From Austwickia sp. (lineage in GTDB: Bacteria > Actinomycetota > Actinomycetes > Actinomycetales > Dermatophilaceae): a stretch of 64,000 nucleotides of DNA. Shown here one piece after another: positions 36,981 to 46,651 of this stretch. Position numbers and translations under genes: made by a program. The DNA is taken from positions 16,206-80,205 of the forward strand of contig JBDIAS010000001.1 in assembly GCA_039812465.1 (NCBI GenBank), read 5' to 3'. Position 1 is the first letter of the stretch. Each line of letters starts with the position of its first letter. The notes under the pieces were generated by a model. That model saw nothing but the letters and a program-made list of their open reading frames with translations. It was not told the origin of the DNA and did not search any database.

Positions 36981-37391
36981 ATGACGTCCGACGTCTCCTT
37001 CGTCTCACCCGTCACCGACGCCTCGGGCGCGCCGCACACGCTGGCGAGCCCGGCGGGAAGGAACCGCATGCCTCCCTCCACCGAGGATTCCAGAGCGGCC
37101 AGCCAGCGGTATTACCAAGGCATGGTCCAAGCCCGGCGCCAGATCATCGTGCCGCTGGTGCTTCTCACCCTGGTGTTCTTCTTCACTCAGCAGGTGCTCA
37201 CCAACTTCACGACTGCGTTGGACGGCATGGCCTTCTCGGGCATGAGCTGGGCGTACATCTACGCGTTCGCACAGTTCTTCTTCGTCATCATCCTGACGAC
37301 GATCTACCGAAGCCGCATGCAGCGCGTCGAGACCGAACTCGGTCGCCTGCTGCCCACGGCCGCCGCTGAGGCGGGGGAGGTTCACCGATGA
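36981..37391 (+). CDS. DUF485-family small inner-membrane protein (YjcH-like partner of ActP)
   Basis: Two TM segments (IIVPLVLLTLVFFF; WAYIYAFAQFFFVIILTTIY). ATGA overlap with the symporter gene. High GC3 from 36981. Alternative ATG at 37068. Confidence 0.75.
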   Translation: MTSDVSFVSPVTDASGAPHTLASPAGRNRMPPSTEDSRAASQRYYQGMVQARRQIIVPLVLLTLVFFFTQQVLTNFTTALDGMAFSGMSWAYIYAFAQFFFVIILTTIYRSRMQRVETELGRLLPTAAAEAGEVHR

Positions 37392-38995
37392 GCGTTCAGT
37401 CGGCAGTCCTGTTCGTCGTCCTGGTCGCCGTCACGCTCGGCATCACCTACTGGGCCGGCAAGCGCAACAAGAGCGTCGAGTCCCACCTGGTCGCCAAGGG
37501 CGCGATCTCCGGCCGGGCGAACGGAGTCGCCATCGCGGGCGACTTCATCTCGGCGGCCACGTTCCTGGGGACCACGGGCGCGATCGCGCTCGGCGGCTTC
37601 AACGGCTTCTACCTGGCCGTGTACATCCCCATCGCCTACCTGCTGTGCATGCTGCTCGTCGCCGAGCCGCTGCGAAACCTGGGGCAATTCACGCTCGGGG
37701 ATGTCCTCGCGACGCGGTTCCCGGGCCGGGACGTCCGCGCCGTGATCGCGATCGCGTCGATCGTCGTCTCGCTGCTCTACATCGTCGCCCAGTTCGTCGG
37801 CGCGGCGCTGCTCGTGCAGCTCCTCTTCGGCATCCCGTACTTCGTCGCGGCGCTGCTCATCGGTGTGCTGACGATGATCTACACGCTGTTCGGCGGGATG
37901 ATCGCGACGACCTACATCCAGATCGTCAAGACCGGGATGTTGCTCTTCTGCGGCGCGCTCCTGCTGGTGCTCGTCGTGATGCAGTATGGCTGGAACCCGA
38001 TGAACGTGTTCCAAGAGGTGGCCGACACCACGCAGAACAGGGCGCTGCTTCCCACGCGGGCCGGCATGGGCCCGCAGATCGAGCAGTTCTCCATGATCTT
38101 CGGCGTCACCCTCGGTGTCCTCGGCCTGCCGCACGTCATGATCCGCTTCCTCACCGTGCGGGACGGTCAGGCCGCGCGCACCTCCGCGGTCACGGCCATC
38201 TGGATCTTCGCGATCTTCCTCATCACGCTGCCGGTCATGTCGTACGGCGCGATGCTGATGGTCGGGCGCGACGCGATCCGCGCGGAAAGCCCGGGCGGCA
38301 ACCTGGCGATGCCGCAGCTGGCGAACCACATGGGAGGCGATCTGCTGCTGGCGTTCGTCTCGGCGGTCGCCTTCGCGACGATCCTCGCGGCCCTGTCCGG
38401 CCTGGTGATCGCCACGACCGGCTCGGTGACGCACGACATCTACACCAAGCTGGTGAAGAAGGGTCACGTGAACCACCACGCGCAGCTGCAGGTGGCTCGT
38501 ATCGCCACCTTCGGCAGCGTGGCCCTGTCGCTACTGATCGCGCTGGCCGCGCAGAAGCAGAACGTCGCCTTCCTCGCGACCCTCGCGATCGCCGTCGCGG
38601 CGAGCGCGAACCTGCCCGCGCTGCTCTTCACGATCTACTGGCGCAAGGCCACGGCGCAGGGCATCGCGATCGGCATGGTTGCTGGGCTGGTCACTGCCGT
38701 CGGCATCATCCTGGTGAGCCCCACCTTCCACGGTTCCGCGGAGACCGCGCTGCTGCCCTTCAGCAGCCCGGGCATCGTCTCGATCCCGCTCGGCTTCGTG
38801 GTCATGTGGATCGTGTCCTTGGCCACACAGCCGAAGGGCGCAGAGCTTGAGCAGGCGAACCGCACGTTCGACCGCATCCGGATCCAGGCCGTCACCGGCA
38901 TCGATCCCGACACGCTCGAGGGGACCGCGGAGCGCGAAGGGACGGACGAGCCGCTGACGACCGAGGAGGAGCACTCCTCGACGCCGACCGCCTGA
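37388..38995 (+). CDS. actP: Solute:sodium symporter family monocarboxylate permease (ActP-like; possible phenylacetate/acetate uptake)
   Basis: About 13 TM segments, SSF signatures (GDFISAATFLG, TYIQIVKTG) and DUF485 pairing. Confidence 0.8.
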   Translation: MSVQSAVLFVVLVAVTLGITYWAGKRNKSVESHLVAKGAISGRANGVAIAGDFISAATFLGTTGAIALGGFNGFYLAVYIPIAYLLCMLLVAEPLRNLGQFTLGDVLATRFPGRDVRAVIAIASIVVSLLYIVAQFVGAALLVQLLFGIPYFVAALLIGVLTMIYTLFGGMIATTYIQIVKTGMLLFCGALLLVLVVMQYGWNPMNVFQEVADTTQNRALLPTRAGMGPQIEQFSMIFGVTLGVLGLPHVMIRFLTVRDGQAARTSAVTAIWIFAIFLITLPVMSYGAMLMVGRDAIRAESPGGNLAMPQLANHMGGDLLLAFVSAVAFATILAALSGLVIATTGSVTHDIYTKLVKKGHVNHHAQLQVARIATFGSVALSLLIALAAQKQNVAFLATLAIAVAASANLPALLFTIYWRKATAQGIAIGMVAGLVTAVGIILVSPTFHGSAETALLPFSSPGIVSIPLGFVVMWIVSLATQPKGAELEQANRTFDRIRIQAVTGIDPDTLEGTAEREGTDEPLTTEEEHSSTPTA

Positions 38996-39020
38996 CGCCG
39001 CCCCGTCAGCACTGCACCCA

Positions 39021-39050
39021 GGCCGCCCGACGGATACCCGTCGGGCGGCC
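39021..39050 (+). terminator. 13-bp perfect-stem hairpin after actP
   Basis: GGCCGCCCGACGG-atac-CCGTCGGGCGGCC, 26 bp after the actP stop. Confidence 0.5.
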
Positions 39051-39074
39051 CGCGTCTGCCCAGGAGGTTGCACC

Positions 39075-40364
39075 ATGAGCTCGACCAAGGACCGGAGCTC
39101 CGCCCCGTCGCCGCCGGCCTGGGTGGTCCGGCTGTCCGGTAGCCGCATGCATTACGGCTGGATCATCGCCGCCCTCGGGATGACCACCGTGTTCGCCTGT
39201 CTCGGGATCGCGCGCTTCTCGCTCGGGATGCTGCTGCCCTCGATGCGGACGGACATGGACCTGTCCTACACGGACATGGGCTGGATCAGCACCGGCAACT
39301 TCGTCGGCTACCTGGTGGCCGCGCTGCTCTGCGGCAGGCTGGTCACGCTGTTCGGCGCGCGCGCCGTCGTCGTCGGCTCGCTCCTCATGATCGCGGTGAG
39401 CCTCCTGGTCGTCGCGGCCGCGAGCGCCGTTGCGCTGATCTGGCCGGCGTACCTCGTGACCGGGCTGGGCAGCGGGGCCGCGAACGTCGGGGTGATGAGC
39501 CTGGTGCCGCACTGGTTCTCCCGCCGGTGGCGGGGACGCGCCGCGGGCATCATGGTCATCGGCAGCGGGCCCGCCATCATGATGAGCGGCCTGCTCATCC
39601 CCGCGATCACGGCGCGTTGGGGCGCCGCGGGCTGGCGGCTCGGCTGGGTGGTCCTGAGTGGCGTCGTCTTCCTCGTGGCCCTCGTCGTGGGTCTGCTGAT
39701 CCGCAACCGCCCCTCGGAGCTCGGCCTGAAGGTGCACACCCACCGCTCGGACACGTCCGCGTCGGGCCATCCGGCGCCCGAGCCGGAGGCCACGCACGTG
39801 ACGCGGACGATGCTCCACCTCGGCGGCATCTACTTCCTCTTCGGGTTCACGTACGTCGTGTACGTGACCTTCATCGTGACCTTCCTCGTCCAGGAGCGAG
39901 GCCTGAGCGAGCGCACCGCCGGCTATTTCTGGTTCGTGGTCGGGGCGTTGAGCATCTTCTCCGGCCCCGTGTTCGGCGCGCTCTCGGACCGGGCGGGGCG
40001 CCGGATCGGGCTGGCCGTCGTGTTTGCCCTGCACGCCGTCTCGTACCTGCTGATGGGGCTCCACCTGCCTGAGGCGTCGGTCTTCGCGTCGATCGCGCTC
40101 TTCGGGTTCGCCGCCTGGAGCATCCCCGGCATCATCGCGGCGGCGGTCGGGGACTACACAGGGCCTGCGAAGGCCGCCACCATGTTCGGCACGTTGACGG
40201 TCGTGTTCGGCCTCGGGCAGGCGGCGGGACCGCTCGTGGCGGGGATGATCGCCGAGCGCAGCGGCGGCTTCTCGCTGGCGTTCCTCATGTCCGCCGTGCT
40301 CGCCGGCGCCGGGTGCCTGCTGTCACTCGCCCTCCGCCCGCCGCCGTCACACGCGACGGGATAA
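39075..40364 (+). CDS. MFS transporter (YbfB/YjiJ-like)
   Basis: 12 predicted TM helices. ATG preceded by CAGGAGG. Confidence 0.8.
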   Translation: MSSTKDRSSAPSPPAWVVRLSGSRMHYGWIIAALGMTTVFACLGIARFSLGMLLPSMRTDMDLSYTDMGWISTGNFVGYLVAALLCGRLVTLFGARAVVVGSLLMIAVSLLVVAAASAVALIWPAYLVTGLGSGAANVGVMSLVPHWFSRRWRGRAAGIMVIGSGPAIMMSGLLIPAITARWGAAGWRLGWVVLSGVVFLVALVVGLLIRNRPSELGLKVHTHRSDTSASGHPAPEPEATHVTRTMLHLGGIYFLFGFTYVVYVTFIVTFLVQERGLSERTAGYFWFVVGALSIFSGPVFGALSDRAGRRIGLAVVFALHAVSYLLMGLHLPEASVFASIALFGFAAWSIPGIIAAAVGDYTGPAKAATMFGTLTVVFGLGQAAGPLVAGMIAERSGGFSLAFLMSAVLAGAGCLLSLALRPPPSHATG

Positions 40365-40407
40365 CGCCGCGCGGCGCCTCCGGACGCGGGCGGGGGAGCC
40401 GGCGATG

Positions 40408-40443
40408 CGACGGGGGGAGCCGACGATGTCGGCTCCCCCGTCG
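40408..40443. terminator. About 16-bp stem hairpin between the convergent MFS and phaZ genes
   Basis: CGACGGGGGGAGCCGAC-gat-GTCGGCTCCCCCGTCG (one bulged G). Confidence 0.6.
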
Positions 40444-40471
40444 CGCGGTGCGCTTCTAGCTCTCGCCCCTT

Positions 40472-41545
40472 CTAACCCTCGCTCTGGGGCGCGTCGGCGG
40501 TCTTGGGGGTTTCGGCGGCCTTGGCCGCGTTGGCCTTCTGGGTCGCTGCTTCCTCCGCCTTCTGGGCCGCCGCCGCCTTCTTGGCGGTCTCTGCTTCCGC
40601 CTTCTTGGCCGCCGCAGCCTTCTTGGCGGCCTCTGCCTCCGCCTTGTGGGCCGCCGCCGCCTTCTTGGTCGCTTCGGCCTTCTTGGCGTCGATGGCCCTG
40701 ACGGCCTTGATCCCCTCCCGCAGGAACTTCGAGATCACCGGGCCGACGCGCTCGGGGCTGTCGACGAGCACCATGTGACCGCCGTCCCGCACCACGTGCA
40801 GGTGCGAGTTCGGAATGCACTTGGCGATGACCTTGTGGTTGAACAGCGGGGTGACCGGGTCGTCATCGCCCCCGATGATGAGCGTGGGCCTCCGGATCGC
40901 CCACAGCCACGGGAGGCTCGTCCACCCCATCAACGGCGCCATCCGGTACATCGCCGCCCGCAGGCTCGACGGCTTGTTCATGTCGAACGAGCTGATGAGC
41001 TCCGGCTCTTCGCGGAAACGCCCGCCGAACAGGTCGCCGGCCACCTTCTCGATCTTGCCCGGCTTGTAGCTCAGCGGGTTGACGAAGTGGATGAACGACT
41101 TCAACTTGCCGGGCTTGGCGAAGCCCCCGTACGAGGTGGAGACGAGCACGACGCTGTCGACGTGCCGCGGGTGCAGTAGCGCCATCGTCTGTGCGGTCGC
41201 GCCGCCGAAGGAGACGCCAAGAACGTGCGCCTTCTCGATGCCGAGGAAGTCCAGCACCAGGGTGCCGAGCTCGGCGAGCGCGAACATGTTCATCGGGAGG
41301 AGCGACAGTTGACTCTGCCCGATGCCCGGAGGGTCGAACATAATGATCCGGAAGCCCTTCAGGTAGGGCAGGAGCGACTTCCACAGGTCTACCTCGGCGA
41401 AGGCCCCGTTGAACATCAGCAGCGCCGGCCCGGTCCCGCCACACATCTGCACGTGGATGTTCAGCCCGCGCACGTTGATGGTGGTGGTCGTGACTTCGGC
41501 CTCAGAAATGCCGGCCAGCAGGTCGGAGATCGAAACTTCGGGCAT
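40472..41545 (-). CDS. phaZ: Intracellular PHA depolymerase (Pseudomonas PhaZ-type alpha/beta hydrolase) with a C-terminal Ala/Lys-rich repeat tail of about 75 aa
   Basis: By-eye alignment to P. putida PhaZ: LLMFNGAFAEVDL, MFDPPGIGQS, VLGVSFGGATAQ (Ser box), GWTSLPWLWAIRRPTLIIGGDDDPVTP and SHLHVV.DGGHMVL. Tail: (A/T)xKKAAAAxKAEAE x3. ATG 41545 follows AGGAGG. Confidence 0.8.
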   Translation of the reverse strand: MPEVSISDLLAGISEAEVTTTTINVRGLNIHVQMCGGTGPALLMFNGAFAEVDLWKSLLPYLKGFRIIMFDPPGIGQSQLSLLPMNMFALAELGTLVLDFLGIEKAHVLGVSFGGATAQTMALLHPRHVDSVVLVSTSYGGFAKPGKLKSFIHFVNPLSYKPGKIEKVAGDLFGGRFREEPELISSFDMNKPSSLRAAMYRMAPLMGWTSLPWLWAIRRPTLIIGGDDDPVTPLFNHKVIAKCIPNSHLHVVRDGGHMVLVDSPERVGPVISKFLREGIKAVRAIDAKKAEATKKAAAAHKAEAEAAKKAAAAKKAEAETAKKAAAAQKAEEAATQKANAAKAAETPKTADAPQSEG

Positions 41546-41617
41546 GGAGCCTCCTAGCGGCTGCACTGACGACTCAGCGACGGTAAGGCCGCGCGTCGTC
41601 CAGCGGCCGCCCCCTTC

Positions 41618-41650
41618 GGTGAACGAACGGCAGAAAACCGAACGTTCGGT
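41618..41650. promoter_or_regulatory. Composite operator: GGTGAACGAACGG + perfect 14-bp palindrome ACCGAACGTTCGGT (41637-41650), 92 bp upstream of phaZ
   Basis: The perfect palindrome was read directly. Same two-box layout as 32828-32859. Confidence 0.7.
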
Positions 41651-41829
41651 TACATCATGCGTCGGTGACGGAGCCCGGGGCCACGCAGGAGGCCTGTGGA
41701 ATCGATTACATCTTGCGCCACCGAGGCGCTGGTCAGCAAGGCGACGGCGGCGTGAGTCGCCCCTCACTGGTCGGTCGTACAGAAGTGCGGAAATCGTCTG
41801 CGGGAACCTCGCTGAGACGGTTGACTCCC

Positions 41830-41847
41830 ACCGGACGGTCGGTTAGT
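41830..41847. promoter_or_regulatory. Operator-like ACCGGACGGTCGGTTAGT upstream of the acyl-CoA ligase operon
   Basis: ACCG-NN-CG-NN-CGGT-N-AGT pattern. Shares the CGGTTAGT arm with the site at 36743. Confidence 0.5.
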
Positions 41848-42061
41848 TTTGGTGCCCACTCGTGGCGTGCGTCACACCCCGACGAACCCCGGTATGAGGG
41901 GCCGGCGGCTGAGCCATCCCAGCTCCCCGTCGGTGCATGGTCGAAGCACAGCACCGATCACCGCCGACCCTCAGAAAGAGGCCCGCCCTGCGGTCTCGGC
42001 CGTAGCCAGGGCGCAGCAGCGACGGACCTATGCCGTGCTCAGCACGGGATTGCGAGCAAGC

Positions 42062-43573
42062 ATGTACACATTTGCCACACCCCTCGACCGCGCCGTACGG
42101 ACCAACCCCAACGGGCGGGCGGTCTTCTGCGAGGGTCAGGAGATGACCTACGCCGAGCTGGCGGCTCGCTGCCGAAAGCTGGCTGGTGCCCTGAAGGCGA
42201 TGGGCCTGCAGAAGGGCGACCGCGTCGGCGTCGTCGGGCCCAACTCGGCGGCCTACTTCGAGCTCTACTTCACGGTCCCGGCCTGCGGGTACATCCTGGT
42301 GCCCGTCAACTCGCGCCTGGCCGGCCCCGAGATCCGCGACGTCCTCGACGACGCCGGCGTCAAGGTGTTGTTCCGGGACGGCGACTTCCCGGTGCCCGAC
42401 AGCGTCGAGAAGGTCATCGCGATCCCCGACGAGTACAACGCGCTGGTGGAGGCGGGCGAGGAGACCGCTCTGGGCGAGGGCGTCGAGGAGGACGACCTCG
42501 CGGTGCTCTTCTACACCTCCGGGACCACGGGCCTGGCCAAGGGCGCCATGCACACGCACAAGGGCCTCGTGCTGAGCGGCCTGCACTTCATGGCAGCGTG
42601 GCCGTTCGGGCCCGACACCTGCTGGATGATCTCCTCCCCGATGTTCCACACGGGTGGGATCCTGGCGGTCATGTCGACGGTGTGGGGCGGCGGATCCCAC
42701 GTGATCCTCCCGGCCTTCGACCCGGAGAAGGCGCTCGACCTGATCCAGAGCCAGGGCGTGACCCACACGCTGTTGGTTCCCACGATGCTGGCCGCCGCGG
42801 CGCGCGCGCAGATGGCCAACCCGCGCGACGTCTCCAGCCTGCGCTACCTCAGCCACGGCGCCGCTCCGGTCTCCGTCGAGACCCTGCGCCTCGCGCATGA
42901 CCAGTTCCCCAACGCCGAGCTCGTGCACCTCTACGGCACGACCGAGACGACCCCGATCACCGCGGTCCTCATGCACGAGGAGCGGCTCTTCGGGACCCCC
43001 CAGATCAAGTCCTGCGGCCAGCCGGCCATCGGGATGGAGCTGCGCATCCTCGACCCGGGCACGGGCGAGGAGGCACCCGCCAACGAAATCGGCGAGCTCT
43101 ACGTCCGCGGCGCGAGCGTCATGGAGGGATACTGGGGCAAGGAAGAGGACTCGGCGAGCGCGATCGTCGACGGGTGGTACAAGACGGGTGACCTCGGCTT
43201 CCTCGACGAGGGCGCGCACCTCTTCCTGGTTGACCGCGCGAAGGACATGATCGTCACCGGCGGCGAGAACGTGTACTCGGTCGAGGTGGAGAACGCGCTC
43301 GCGTCGCACCCGTCGGTGCACGAGGTGGCTGTCTTCGGTATCCCCGACCCGCGGTGGGGCGAGGCCGTCCACGCGGTGGTCGTGACGGACGTGCCGGTCA
43401 CCTCTGAGGAGCTGATCGCGCACTGCAAGTCCAGGATCGCCGGGTTCAAGGTTCCGAAGACGCTCGAGGTCAGCAGCAACCCGCTGCCGAAGTCGGCCGC
43501 GGGCAAGATCCTCAAGCGAGACCTGCGCGACCCGTTCTGGGCCAGCGCCGGCTCACAGGTTTCAGGGAGTTGA
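42062..43573 (+). CDS. AMP-dependent acyl-CoA synthetase/ligase (FadD-type)
   Basis: YTSGTTGLAKGAMHTH (A3), YGTTETT (A5), GDLGFLDEGAHLFLVDRAKDMI (A8) and PKSAAGKILKRDL (A10). Confidence 0.85.
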   Translation: MYTFATPLDRAVRTNPNGRAVFCEGQEMTYAELAARCRKLAGALKAMGLQKGDRVGVVGPNSAAYFELYFTVPACGYILVPVNSRLAGPEIRDVLDDAGVKVLFRDGDFPVPDSVEKVIAIPDEYNALVEAGEETALGEGVEEDDLAVLFYTSGTTGLAKGAMHTHKGLVLSGLHFMAAWPFGPDTCWMISSPMFHTGGILAVMSTVWGGGSHVILPAFDPEKALDLIQSQGVTHTLLVPTMLAAAARAQMANPRDVSSLRYLSHGAAPVSVETLRLAHDQFPNAELVHLYGTTETTPITAVLMHEERLFGTPQIKSCGQPAIGMELRILDPGTGEEAPANEIGELYVRGASVMEGYWGKEEDSASAIVDGWYKTGDLGFLDEGAHLFLVDRAKDMIVTGGENVYSVEVENALASHPSVHEVAVFGIPDPRWGEAVHAVVVTDVPVTSEELIAHCKSRIAGFKVPKTLEVSSNPLPKSAAGKILKRDLRDPFWASAGSQVSGS

Positions 43574-43587
43574 CACAAGCGTTGACC

Positions 43588-45213
43588 ATGCTCAGCACGA
43601 TGCCGGACTTCCCGTTGACGATCCGGCACATCTTCGAACACGGCCGGGACACCTATCCGGACAGCCAGATCATCACGCTCACGGCGGACGGGGAGCGACG
43701 CATCGACTTCGCCTCCCTCGCCAAGCGCGTGGGCAAGCTGGCGAACGCCCTCCACCGCGCGGGAGTGCGCGAGGGCGACCGGGTGGGCACGTTCGCGTGG
43801 AACAACCAGGAGCACCAGGAGGCCTACATGGCCGTCCCGTGTTCCGGCGCCGTGCTGCACACGATCAACATCCGTCTTGACCCTGAGCAGATCGCGTACA
43901 TCATCAACCACGCAGAGGACAAGATCCTCCTCCTCGACGCCAACCTCGCCGGGCACATCGCGCCCGCGTTGAAGAAGGCAGAGACGCTGGAGAAGGTCGT
44001 CGTCTTCGGGGAGGGGGACCGCTCGGTCCTCCCCGTCGAGTACATCGAGTACGAGGACTTCATCGCCGATGAGCCCGAGGACTTCGACTGGCCCGATATC
44101 GACGAGAACGCCGCCGCCGCGATGTGTTACACCAGCGGTACGACGGGCAACCCCAAGGGAGTCGTCTACAGCCAGCGGTCGACGTTCATCTTCACCCTGG
44201 GGATGGCCTCCGGCGAGGCCTTGATGATGAACTACCAGGATCGGGTCCTGCCGATCGTTCCGATGTTCCACGGCAACGCCTGGGGTCTGCCGTACGTGTG
44301 CTGGATGGTCGGGGCCGACCTGTACCTGCCGGCGTCGTACGCGCACGCTCCCCGGATCGCCCGGACGATCACGGACGAGAAGATCACGGTCGCAGGGGCC
44401 GTGCCCACCGTGTGGTGGGACGTGCTCGGCCTCGAGGACCCGTCCTTGGACCTCAGCTGCCTGCGCATGATCCTCTGCGGCGGGGCCGCCTCGCCGCGCA
44501 GCCTGATCGAGGCGTACAAGAAGCGCTACGGCGCCACGTTCGCCGCCGGGTGGGGCCTGACCGAGACGCACCCGATCGCGTCACTGGCGTTCCCGCCCCG
44601 TGGTTCCTCTCCCGAGGAGGCCCTGGATTATCAGGCCACCGCGGGGCAGGTGCTGGCAGGCGTGGAGGTCCGGCTGGTCGACTCCGAGGACAACGTGCTG
44701 CCGCGCGACGGCGAGACCTCGGGCGAGATCGAGGTCCGGGGCCCCTGGGTGACGACCAGCTACTACAAGGATCCGGCCGAGGACAAGTTCCACGACGGGT
44801 GGCTGCGCACGGGTGACGTGGGGACGATCGACTCCCGCGGCTTCATCCGGATCAGCGACCGGGCGAAGGACGTCGTCAAGTCGGGCGGGGAATGGATCTC
44901 CTCGCTCGACCTGGAGCGGGCGCTCCTGGAGCACCCCGACGTCCGCGAAGTCGCGGTGATTGCCGCCCCCGACCAGCGGTGGGGCGAACGGCCCCTCGCC
45001 TGCGTGGCCCTCAAGGAGGGCAGCACCGCCACCCCGGAGGAGCTGCGTGACTTCCTCAAGGGCAAGGTCGCCAAGTGGTGGCTGCCGGATCTGTGGTCCT
45101 ACATCGAGAACGTGCCCCGCACCAGCGTGGGCAAGTACGACAAGAAGCTGCTGCGGACGCAGTTGGCCGACGGTGCCCTGGACGTGAAGTCCGGGGGACC
45201 ATCCAAGGCGTGA
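43588..45213 (+). CDS. Long/medium-chain fatty-acid--CoA ligase
   Basis: YTSGTTGNPKGVVYS, GWGLTET, GDVGTIDSRGFIRISDRAKDVVKSGGEWI and PRTSVGKYDKKLLR. Starts 15 bp after the upstream ligase stop (gap 43574-43587). Confidence 0.85.
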   Translation: MLSTMPDFPLTIRHIFEHGRDTYPDSQIITLTADGERRIDFASLAKRVGKLANALHRAGVREGDRVGTFAWNNQEHQEAYMAVPCSGAVLHTINIRLDPEQIAYIINHAEDKILLLDANLAGHIAPALKKAETLEKVVVFGEGDRSVLPVEYIEYEDFIADEPEDFDWPDIDENAAAAMCYTSGTTGNPKGVVYSQRSTFIFTLGMASGEALMMNYQDRVLPIVPMFHGNAWGLPYVCWMVGADLYLPASYAHAPRIARTITDEKITVAGAVPTVWWDVLGLEDPSLDLSCLRMILCGGAASPRSLIEAYKKRYGATFAAGWGLTETHPIASLAFPPRGSSPEEALDYQATAGQVLAGVEVRLVDSEDNVLPRDGETSGEIEVRGPWVTTSYYKDPAEDKFHDGWLRTGDVGTIDSRGFIRISDRAKDVVKSGGEWISSLDLERALLEHPDVREVAVIAAPDQRWGERPLACVALKEGSTATPEELRDFLKGKVAKWWLPDLWSYIENVPRTSVGKYDKKLLRTQLADGALDVKSGGPSKA

Positions 45214-45348
45214 CCGGGGCTTCCACCCCGATCGATCGGCCTCGCGCCGCACGCAGTGCACGAACCAGTACGGAGTCGCCCGAGGGCGTCTTCCGTTGAA
45301 GACCAGACAACCGACCCTAGAGATTCCTCGACAGAGCGGGAGCGCACC

Positions 45349-46518
45349 ATGCCTGAAGCAGTAATCGTTGCCATCGGCCGCACGCCGATCGGCCGCGCCA
45401 TGAAGGGCTCGCTGATCGATCAGCGGCCGGACGACCTGGGCGCGCTCGTCGTTGACGAGGTTCTCAAGAGGGTCCCGCAGCTGGACCGCGCGGATGTCGC
45501 CGACGTCATCGCCGGGTGCGCCCTGCCCGGTGGCGAGCAGGCCCACAACATGGGCCGCATCGTCAGCCTCTTGGCCGGAGTCAACGCGCCCGGCTGCACG
45601 GTCAACCGCTACTGCTCCTCGTCGCTGCAGGCCGTCCGCATGGCCTTCCACGCGATCAAGGCCGGCGAGGGCGACGCGTTCGTGGCCGTGGGCATCGAGT
45701 CCAGCACCCACTCGCCGCTCGGCGTCTACGCCGACCAGCCGGAGACCGCCAACCCGCGGCTCTTCAAGGGCAACTCGGAGAACCTCCCGCAGGCCTTCAT
45801 GCCGATGGGTCTCACCGCGGAGCTCGTGGCGGACGAGTACGGGATCACCCGTGAGGAGATGGACCAGCTCGCCGTCCAGAGCCACGCCAAGGCCATCGCA
45901 GCGCAGGAGGCCGGCCACATCGCCGCCGAGATCATCCCTGTGCCGCTCGGCCAGGGACGTCCGGACGCCACCACCGACGACGGCCCCCGCAAGGGCGTCA
46001 CGATGGAGACGCTGGCCGGCCTGCGCCCGGTGTTCCGCCGGGGCGGCAAGGTGACCGCCGGCAACGCGTGCCCGCTCAACGACGGCGCGGCGGCCACGGT
46101 GATCATGTCCGACACCAAGGCCAAGGCGCTCGGCATCGAGCCGATCGCGCGCATCCTCTCCACGGGTGTCAGCTCGTGCGCCCCCGAGGCCATGGGTATC
46201 GGCCCGATCGCCTCGAGCCGCCAGGCGTTGGAGCGGGCCGGCAAGACTATCGACGACATCGGCGTCGTGGAGATCAACGAGGCGTTCGCCGCCCAGGTGA
46301 TCCCCTCGGCTCGCGAGATCGGGTTCGACCCCTTCACCGACAAGCTGAACCCGCTCGGTGGCGCAATCGCCCTCGGCCACCCGTTCGGCATGACCGGCGT
46401 CCGCATCCTCACGACGCTGCTCAACGGGATGAAGATCAAGGACGCCCAGTACGGCCTCGAGACCATGTGCGTCGGTGGCGGGCAGGGCATGGCGATCGTC
46501 GTGGAGCGGCTTTCCTGA
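45349..46518 (+). CDS. Acetyl-CoA C-acyl/acetyltransferase (thiolase, PhaA-like by context)
   Basis: NRYCSSSLQAV (active Cys), NPLGGAIALGHPFG and MCVGGGQG. Confidence 0.85.
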   Translation: MPEAVIVAIGRTPIGRAMKGSLIDQRPDDLGALVVDEVLKRVPQLDRADVADVIAGCALPGGEQAHNMGRIVSLLAGVNAPGCTVNRYCSSSLQAVRMAFHAIKAGEGDAFVAVGIESSTHSPLGVYADQPETANPRLFKGNSENLPQAFMPMGLTAELVADEYGITREEMDQLAVQSHAKAIAAQEAGHIAAEIIPVPLGQGRPDATTDDGPRKGVTMETLAGLRPVFRRGGKVTAGNACPLNDGAAATVIMSDTKAKALGIEPIARILSTGVSSCAPEAMGIGPIASSRQALERAGKTIDDIGVVEINEAFAAQVIPSAREIGFDPFTDKLNPLGGAIALGHPFGMTGVRILTTLLNGMKIKDAQYGLETMCVGGGQGMAIVVERLS

Positions 46519-46651
46519 TGACGCTCACACGTGGGTCGGTCTCCCCCCGGGCGCGGGAGACCCACCTCCCGTCTTCCCGCCGGGGGGGACCGCCCGCGTT
46601 CCGGTTCGACCGAGCGCCTCGTCCACACCAGCCACTGGAAGCGAGGGTCCC

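Noticed and set aside
46475-46651. Upstream extension of phaC overlapping the thiolase 3' end
   Set aside because: It would overlap the thiolase coding region by 44 nt. GTG 46652 with an upstream purine-rich tract is more plausible, although the start remains uncertain.
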